Source: Candidatus Methylomirabilia bacterium (lineage in GTDB: Bacteria > Methylomirabilota > Methylomirabilia > Rokubacteriales > CSP1-6). From it: DNA of 64,000 nucleotides. Positions 61,799 to 64,000 of this stretch are shown here, one piece after another. The notes below the pieces were generated by a model. It worked only from the letters and a program-made list of their open reading frames with translations. It was not told the origin of the DNA and ran no database searches. The stretch is from assembly GCA_041492755.1 (NCBI GenBank), contig JBGPXN010000001.1, forward strand, positions 32,001 through 96,000, written 5' to 3'. Positions within the stretch are counted from its first letter, which is position 1, and every line of letters begins with the position of its first letter. The translations under genes were made by a program, and so were the position numbers.

Positions 61799-62812
61799 CT
61801 ACCGGAGAAAGGGTTCGCGCGTCTGGGCCTGGGTACTCTGGGCGGCGTCGACGATGTCCCCGATCAGCGTGTCGACGTCGATGCCCTCGGCTTCACCCTC
61901 GAAGTTGAGGATGATTCGATGGCGCAGCGCGGGCAGGGTCAGCGCCTTGAGATCGTCCACGCTGACGTTGCACCGCCCCTGGGACAGCGCGAGCACCTTG
62001 GCGCCGAGCACGAGGGCCTGGGCACCGCGCGGACTGGCGCCGTAGCGGATGAAGCGCCGGCTGACGTCGGGTGCGCCCTCCCACGCGGGGTGGGTCGCCA
62101 TCACGATCGTCGAGGCGAGATCGCGGACGTGGGAGGCGATCGGGACTTCACGGACCAGCTCGCGGAAGCCGAGCACGGTCGCTCCGCTCATCACCCGCGA
62201 GACGTCGACGTGGCGGGACTGGGTGGTGCGATCGATGATCGCGTTCAGCTCCTCCAGCGCGGGATACCGCACGCGCAGCTTGAAGAGGAAGCGATCGAGC
62301 TGCGCTTCCGGCAGCGGATACGTCCCTTCCATCTCGATCGGGTTCTGGGTGGCGAGCACGAAGAACGGCGCCGGCAGCGGACGCGAGGCGCCGCCCACGG
62401 TCACCCCGCCCTCCTGCATGCCTTCCAGTAGCGCGGACTGGGTCTTCGGGGTCGCCCGGTTGATCTCGTCCGCGAGCAGGATGTGGGCGAAGATCGGCCC
62501 GGCCTGGAACTGGAAGTGCTTCCGGCCGTCGGCGTCCTCCACGATGATGTTGGTGCCGGTGATGTCGGCCGGCATGAGGTCCGGGGTGAACTGGATACGA
62601 GAGAACGCCAGGTCCAGGCACTCGGACAGCGTCTTGATGAGCAGCGTCTTGCCGAGCCCGGGGACGCCTTCCAGCAGCGCGTGCCCGCCGGCGAACATCC
62701 CGATGAGCACGTGATCGATGATCTCGCGGTGGCCGACGATGACCTTCTCGACCTCCGCGCGCAGGCCCTCGAACGCGGTGACGAACTCCTGGACCCGGGA
62801 CTCTTGCGTCAT
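61799..62812 (-). CDS. MoxR-family AAA+ ATPase
   Basis: GVPGLGKT, RIQFTPDLMPAD, LADEINRA, ATQNPIE.EGTYPLPEAQLDRF. Confidence 0.96.
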   Translation of the reverse strand: MTQESRVQEFVTAFEGLRAEVEKVIVGHREIIDHVLIGMFAGGHALLEGVPGLGKTLLIKTLSECLDLAFSRIQFTPDLMPADITGTNIIVEDADGRKHFQFQAGPIFAHILLADEINRATPKTQSALLEGMQEGGVTVGGASRPLPAPFFVLATQNPIEMEGTYPLPEAQLDRFLFKLRVRYPALEELNAIIDRTTQSRHVDVSRVMSGATVLGFRELVREVPIASHVRDLASTIVMATHPAWEGAPDVSRRFIRYGASPRGAQALVLGAKVLALSQGRCNVSVDDLKALTLPALRHRIILNFEGEAEGIDVDTLIGDIVDAAQSTQAQTREPFLR

Positions 62813-63081
62813 GCGGTCTCCCTCTCTCACGAGTCGACGCCCCTCGATTCTAATAGCAAGACTACTGCCATGCCCCGTCGAGCATCAGCCGAATTAAATC
62901 GCTGGCCTATCCCTTCACCGCCGGCGTGCCGGGTGCCCACCGGGTGGGCTGGCTGATCGATTTTGTGGCGCTACCGGCGGATCGACCACCCGCGACGTCC
63001 CCTCGGCCGGTCGCCGCCATGGTCGGAGTAACGGCGACGGCCCGACGCCGGCTCCCCGGTCGGCGCGCCGTCGGCGATCCA

Positions 63082-64000
63082 TCACGCATCGCGGCACACC
63101 GGCCGCGCATCGGCCGACATGGGCACCAAGCCCCGGTAGGCGTCGAGGTAGCCCTCGATCTCGCGCGCCGCCGGATAGCGCTCTTCCACGAGCGCACGGC
63201 CGGCCGCACCCAGCCGCCCGCGCAGATCGGGTTCACGGATGAGCCGCTCCGCCTTCGCTTCGAACTCGGCGTCGTCACGGAAGAGCAGTCCGGTCACGCC
63301 GTCCTCGACCAGCGAGCGATTCCCCGGAACGTCGGATGCCAGCACGGCGCGGCCCAGGGCCAGCGCCTCCAGCACCGAGTTCGCCATGCCGCCTTCGGAC
63401 TCGGAACAGTTCAGCACCACCGACGCGCGATCGAGAAGCGAGGCCATCTGCGCGTGGGGCACGGCCCCGACGTGGCGCGCCCACTCGAGCCCGTCGATCG
63501 CCCGTAGCAGCGCCTCGCCTTCGTCAGCCTCGATGATCGGCCCCGCGTAGAGCAACCTCAGGTCGGGGTGGCGAGCCACCAGCCGGGAGCATGGGCCCAG
63601 CGGCAGCCGCGGCCGCTTCACCGGCCGGATACCGGCGGGGAACACGACGAGCGTGCGCGCCACCGCATCCGGCCAGCGTGCGCCGAGATCGAACCGCTGC
63701 GCGCGGTCCAGCCCGATCGACTGGGGAACCTCGCGCAGCCGCGGCCGGAGGTCGGGGAGCGCTCCGGCAACCCGCTCGGCGATGGAACCGTGAAAGACGG
63801 TGATCGCGGCGGCGCCTTCCAGCACGTGGCGAACGAGGGCCGCGTGCCGGGGGTCGAACAGCTCGTGATTGGCGTCGGTCCCCGTCAGCGTTACCACCAG
63901 CGGGATCTCGGCGCGCCGGGCGAGCCGTAACGCGAGCGGACCGGTGCGGTAGGCGTGGAATGCGTGAACGATTCGGGGGCCGAAGCGCTCGAGCTCCGCT
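63082..64000 (-). CDS. GT4-family glycosyltransferase (5' end beyond window)
   Basis: HAFHA, TLTGTD, IRPVK, SESEGGMANSVLEA, DVPGN. Confidence 0.85.
   Translation of the reverse strand, partial: AELERFGPRIVHAFHAYRTGPLALRLARRAEIPLVVTLTGTDANHELFDPRHAALVRHVLEGAAAITVFHGSIAERVAGALPDLRPRLREVPQSIGLDRAQRFDLGARWPDAVARTLVVFPAGIRPVKRPRLPLGPCSRLVARHPDLRLLYAGPIIEADEGEALLRAIDGLEWARHVGAVPHAQMASLLDRASVVLNCSESEGGMANSVLEALALGRAVLASDVPGNRSLVEDGVTGLLFRDDAEFEAKAERLIREPDLRGRLGAAGRALVEERYPAAREIEGYLDAYRGLVPMSADARPVCRDA

Overview
High-GC chromosomal window, almost entirely on the minus strand, with no prophage, transposase, rRNA, tRNA or CRISPR array seen. Gene order is reminiscent of Methylomirabilota/Rokubacteriales (inference only). 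1-21.6 kb is a core translation/isoprenoid block: rplM-rpsI-argC-argJ-rpsB-tsf-pyrH-frr-uppS-cdsA-dxr-rseP-ispG-Fd-proS-rimP-nusA-ylxR-infB-DUF503-rbfA-nrnA-truB-ribF. 21.6-30.6 kb holds envelope-glycosylation genes, nth, a truncated malic enzyme and an RpoD-like sigma factor lacking region 1.1. 30.7-41.3 kb is a putative catabolic cluster: Liv-type ABC transporter with an embedded acyl-CoA ligase, two ferritin-like proteins, biotin carboxylase, biotin carrier and an internally deleted carboxyltransferase relic. 41.3-52.4 kb contains dinB, an HD protein, a small HTH gene, cysE and a double ISC locus with an inverted DsrEFH/TusDCB-like trio. 52.6-64 kb is a MoxR-DUF58-triple-VWA-TPR operon ending in a degenerate GalT, plus a partial GT4. 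Most notable signals: (1) the IscS of the canonical isc operon lacks the PLP Schiff-base Lys (K->L) and stacking His (H->Q) but keeps the persulfide Cys, while a second intact IscS is paired with an IscU missing a Cys ligand; (2) a REP-like two-hairpin family at five loci, always just 3' of a stop codon and in the same transcript orientation; (3) the ferritin-like pair/ligase/carboxylase cluster; (4) a GalT lacking its nucleophilic His; (5) a ~210-nt rod-like inverted repeat upstream of dinB. All product calls come from motif recognition by eye; no searches were run.
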